Positions 59,040-64,000 of a stretch of DNA of 64,000 bases are shown here, piece after piece. The position numbers were made by a program, and so were the translations under genes. This DNA comes from Azolla caroliniana (Eukaryota > Plantae > Polypodiophyta): NCBI GenBank assembly GCA_043228905.1, contig JBHGNT010000109.1, positions 19,660 to 83,659 of the forward strand. The letters run 5' to 3'. The notes beneath the pieces were generated by a model that ran no database searches, had not been told where the DNA came from, and saw only the letters and a program-made list of their open reading frames with translations. Position 1 is the first letter of the stretch. Every line of letters starts with the position of its first letter.

Positions 59040-62000
59040 TGATATGTTTACAGTCAGAGATAAACTAGAAAAGATTGATTTTGAGACACAAACACAAATG
59101 AGCATACACAGATTTACGTGGAAAACTTTGAATCCAGGGAAAAACCATGGAGCAAAACAATTTCCACTATGAGACGGAATACAAAGCATATAATGATAAA
59201 CCCTGTATAGGTATGGATGTACTCCTCGGTTCTTGTTTGAAACCACAGTTTCAGTCGAGTCCACCAAACCCTAACTTGTTTGTATCTACCTCTTTCAAAG
59301 CTCTCAAGACTTCTTTGCTTTAACTCTCTTTCTTTGCTTCCTCTCACGCTTACCCACAACATTGTCTCTCACACAACCCACGTTGTTTCAACTCTCACGT
59401 GCTCTCTTATCTTCGTCTCACTCACGCTCTCTGTTCTTCTTACTCGGCTTTTTATCACGATACACAGAGTTCTACTCTCGCGCTCGTTCTCTGTTCGCTT
59501 CGCGCTTTGTCACGGTCTTCTTTTACGCACACAGGTAAATCTATAATGTAAAACCTAACATATATATATATATATATATGACTCATTCGGTCGATTTCCA
59601 TTCGGCCTTTTGGCTGATTTGGTCTAGCTGATTCTTGTTTGGCTTCTTGGTCGATTTCGGCCAACCGACTCTCGGTCGATTTTCGGCTTTTCAACCGTCT
59701 CCCCCATCAAGAGTGACAGGCTTCCATAACAAACTCCCCCTTCACTCCTGTATGGGGGGAGTCGACCAAACCAGTTTTTCGCAGACAAGCAATGAGTTTT
59801 TCCATAGATAAAATTTTAGTAAGCATGTCTGATCCATTATCATCAGTATGGATCTTCACATAAACAAACTCATTTTCATCCACTCTCTCTCGTACAAAAT
59901 ACCATCATGAGGGACAAGCTTCCATAATAAACTCCCCCTTCACTCCTGTATGGGGGGACCATAGATAAAATTTTAATAAGCATGTCTGATGCATTATCAT
60001 CGGTATGGGTCTTTGCTTAAACAAACTCATTTTCATCCACTCTCTTTCGTAACCAGTTATACCTTCTCTGAATGTGCTTCGCAACATTCTTGAATGACAC
60101 TCTGATTATCGCAATGAAGTAGGAAATTTTCTTGCTTCATTCCTAGTTCACTTAGAAAATCCCTCATCCAAATCAATTCTTTCCCAGCCTCCACTGCAAC
60201 CATGTACTTAGCCTCTGTGGTCGACAAAGCCACAACCTTTTGCAATCTTGATTGCCATGACACAATTCCCCTTGCATAACTCATCACATACTCTGATGTG
60301 GATCGGTTGGAATCTGCATCACCCGACATATCCGAATTTGGGAAACCTTTGAGCATAGGTTTCCCGGAGCCATATCTAAGGCATACACTCGAAGTACCTT
60401 TTAGATATCTAAGTATCCATTTCACGGTTTCCCAATGCTCCTTTCTTCAAGCTGGCAATTTTCTTAGCATTTTGTCCAACAATTAACATATCATCTACGT
60501 ATAGCAAGAGAATCAGAAAATCACCTTCATCATACCTTTTCACAAATACACAATGATCGGCTTGTGTTTTGTGGAACCCGTGATTCAACATGAAGGATTC
60601 AAACTTTTTATACCATTGTCGAGGAGCTTGATTCAACTCATACAAGCTCTTCCTCAATCTACATACAAGATTCGCTTTTCCTTTCACCTCAAAGCCCTCT
60701 GGCTACTGCATATAGATTTCCTCTACCAACTCATCATGCAGAAATGTTGTTTTTATATCCAACTGTTCAATCGCTAGATTCATACTAGTAGTTATGCTCA
60801 AAACAGTTTGTATGGATGTCATCTTCACAACTAGAGCAATATCTCATCAAAATCGACACCCTTTTTTTGCTGAAATCCCTTCACCACAATGCGGGCTTTA
60901 TACCTAGGTGTACTTCCGTCTTCTCCAATTTTCAATTTGTAGACCCATTTGTTTCTAAGTGCCTTCTTTCCCGCATGCAACTTTGTTAGCTCATAGGTGT
61001 GGTTCTCATACAAGGAGTCCATTTCCTCTTGCATGGCGCTATACCACTTCTCCTTGTGTATATCTATCATGGCTTCTTCATAGCATTTTGGTTCACCTTC
61101 ATCAATCAAGAGAACATATTGACTCGCTAGATACCAAGAGGAGGCATTCCTTTGCCTTAATGGGTATCTTCTTCCTTCAATAGCCGGCTCAGATTCAGTT
61201 TCTTCTGCTAGCTCATCTTTCGACTCAAATTCATGTGCATCAGCTTCTTGTTGTGTGTCGGCCGGCTCAGTTTCGACTTCATCGCCCGATTGTTGTCTAT
61301 CAACTGGCTATGTAGAAGTGAAGTCAGCTAGTATTGGATCCATAGTGGATTACTTGATTGGGAAGATGACGTTGGTTTCTGTTGTTTCCAGTCTTCAATT
61401 GTCTTGTTTTCCATGAATACAATATCCCTACTTCTTACCACCTTTTTATCGAGGAGATCCCACAACTTGTAGCCGAGCTCATCTTCCGAGTACCCCAAGA
61501 ATTTGCAAGGCTTGGACTTGCTGTCGAACTTTGACCTTTGATCTTTTGCAATACGCCCTTAAGTGTTGGTAAGAGACACTTCTTCCTGTCCACACCCTCT
61601 GTGGGACATCACCCTTTAGAGGCACTAAGGGAGACTTGTTTATAAGGTAAACACTTGTCAACATTGCCTCAGCCCAATACGACTTCGGCAAGTTTTGCAT
61701 GTGACAACATGCTTCTTACCCTTTCCATTATGGTTCGATTCATTCTCTCTGCTAGACCATTTAGCTCAGGTGTCTTTGGCACTGTATACTCAAGTTTGAT
61801 GCCTTGAGTCTTACAATACAACTCAAATTGGCCTTTGTACTCATCACCATTGTCTGTTCGGACAACTTTTAACTTCTGTCCAGATTCTTTTTTGCCCTTG
61901 CATGAAGACCGACATACTTAGTCTTTAGACACCAATACAAAAGCCCACAACTTTCTGCTGAAGTCATCAATAAATTTCACGAAGTACTGTCCACCAGGAT

Positions 62001-64000
62001 GTGATGGAGCATCCACATAGCACACATCTGTGTGGATCAGTTCTAGGGCATGTTCTCTTCTCATCGGAGGCCTAGAGTGAGAGGCAACTCTGTTCTGCTT
62101 TCCAACTAAGCAGTCCACACAATTTTCAAGATGTATTCCTTCCACTTCCGGTAGAAGATCCTTTTCAGCAAGGATATGCATTCTCTTTTAGCTCATGTGG
62201 CCGAGCCTTTTATGCTACAACTCTCCATCTGAGTCGACCACCACATTTGCTTCATCTCAGCACAATTTTGCATGCATTACATACAATGTGTTTTGCTTTT
62301 GTGCTCGAGCCACAATCAGACTCCCCTTACAGAACTTCCATGCACCATTAGGGTGAAAGCATGTGAATAGAAACACTATTATAGCTAACATGTGACTTAA
62401 ATGACCACAACTAAGTAGTTTTTTATAGCTAATTTTTAGTGGGAAAATCTTAAACATACATATCGTTTATTATGGGGACAGAAATATTACTATTTATGGT
62501 GCACATTTTAGCATGTCTTTATTTGAGATCACATTCTGATAATCCCTAAAATTGCCAAAATATGCAAATTACATGCAACTTTTTACATGGCTAATTAATT
62601 ATGTCAAGGGCACAACTAATTGTTCCCATTCCCATGCTTTCACCCATTATGAAAACTACCATTATAGCCTTTGTCGTCCAGCCGATAGCAAATTCTATCC
62701 GACATCCGGAACGTGGTGTACATCCTTCAACATTAACTTGTAGCCAATAGATGTTAACAAGCACACATTTCCTATGGCCACAATATTGCATTCATTGTCG
62801 TTTCCCATCCTTACATAGCCATAGTCACCAACTGTGTAAGATGAGAAACATTCTCTTTTGGGAGTTAGGTGAAATGATGCACTAGAATCAACTACCCAAT
62901 AGCACTCAACATTTGCAAGATTCACACTAGATTGTTCACAAATGAATAACATCTCTTCCTCACTGGTTGCAATGGCTGAAGTGTTTTTATCATCAGAAAT
63001 TTTCTAGGTTCAACATCATCAACCATGCCTTTGTCCTTCCTAAGGTGTCGACAATTCTTTTGGACATGACCAGGTTTCCCACAATAGAAACATGTGGGTC
63101 TTCCTCTAGATTTTGACTTGGCATAAGACTTGTCTCTATTTTCAGGACTTCTATGTTTGCTTCTTCCTCTACCAAGGTTTTGTGCCACATTCGCTTCTGA
63201 TTGAGACAAAGCACTTTTATCCTTTCTTCTTGTCTCTTCGTTTAAAATGCATGTCTTCACTACTTGTAAAGGCAAGTTCTCTTCTTTACAAGAGGCACTA
63301 AGTGACAATACTAGGTTCTCCCAATTGTCTGGTAGAGTACATAGTAGTAATAGGGCTTGCATAACATCATCTAATGGGAACTTCGCTGATGCTAGTTGGT
63401 TTACTAGTCCCATGAAAGTATTGATGTGCACCACAATGCTATCACCATTTGTATACTTTAGTCTCACTATTTTTCTCATCAAGGTAGTTTTGTTTAGGGC
63501 GTTTTTCCTTTCATACAAAGCAGAGAGTTTATCCCACAACTTGTAGGCATTTGTATCACTTGCTACATGTTGTAGGATGCTTATGTCTACACATTGGCTT
63601 ATGGTTGCCATAGCCTTTCTATTTAGGGTTTTCCACTAGACTCTGCGTTGATACCACTGCTTCCTACTTATCAGCTCATACAAGTCTTTAACTATTAGAA
63701 GATCCTCCATCTTAATCTTCCAGTCAACATAGTTGTGGGAGTTTAGGACTATCATCCTTGGAAATCCACTCATACTTCCTTCCATGTAAGACCTAGCGCT
63801 CTGATACCATATTGATATGTTTATATTCGGAGATAAACCAGAAAAGATCTATTTTGAGACACAAACACAAATGAGCATACACAAATTTATGTGGAAAACC
63901 TTGAATCCAGGGAAAAACCATAGAGCAAAACAATTTCCACTATGAGACAGGGAATACAAAGCATATAACGATGGAACTTGTGTAGGTATGGATGTACTCC
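59040..64000 (-). mobile_element. Old degenerate Tnt1/Tork-like Copia; 5' LTR runs out of the window
   Basis: 3' LTR 59040-59731; 5' LTR from 63813; PBS 63798-63809; gag 62922-63785; WVVDSSASFHLT; LYVDDML. Confidence 0.92.
62351..62645. mobile_element. 295-bp MITE
   Basis: TIR GGGTGAAAGCATG…CATGCTTTCACCC (13 bp perfect, ~25 bp with 3 mismatches); ATTA duplicated on both sides; removal restores the Copia frame FHNGAWKF. Confidence 0.9.

Overview
Eukaryotic, most likely seed-free land plant (fern/lycophyte/bryophyte-like) heterochromatic DNA. The organism guess is an inference from Tcn1/sushi-type chromoviruses, a non-chromovirus Gypsy and microsatellite-rich AT DNA. Most of the window is a deep nest of LTR retrotransposons: Ty3/Gypsy chromoviruses of two families, one non-chromovirus Gypsy with a large extra ORF, and seven Ty1/Copia copies or relics, one nearly intact with only ~4 LTR mismatches. 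Matching target-site duplications (TSDs) let the insertions be removed in silico. This reconstructs the main find: the 3' part of an intron-containing, bacterial-type beta-class N4-cytosine/N6-adenine DNA methyltransferase pseudogene (28545-28902 + 39179-39406), about 2.6 kb from a CACTA-like terminus at 54287, suggesting a CACTA-borne amino-methyltransferase. Other signals are a self-priming PBS, a -1 frameshift signal and an antisense tRNA-like A/B-box module in the Tcn1-like elements, a covarying hairpin array in a Gypsy leader, a capsid swap between Copia lineages, dual PPTs, and a MITE with a 4-bp TSD. One possible host gene (267-aa ORF) lies at 56095-56898. All alignments and counts were done by eye; no database searches were run.
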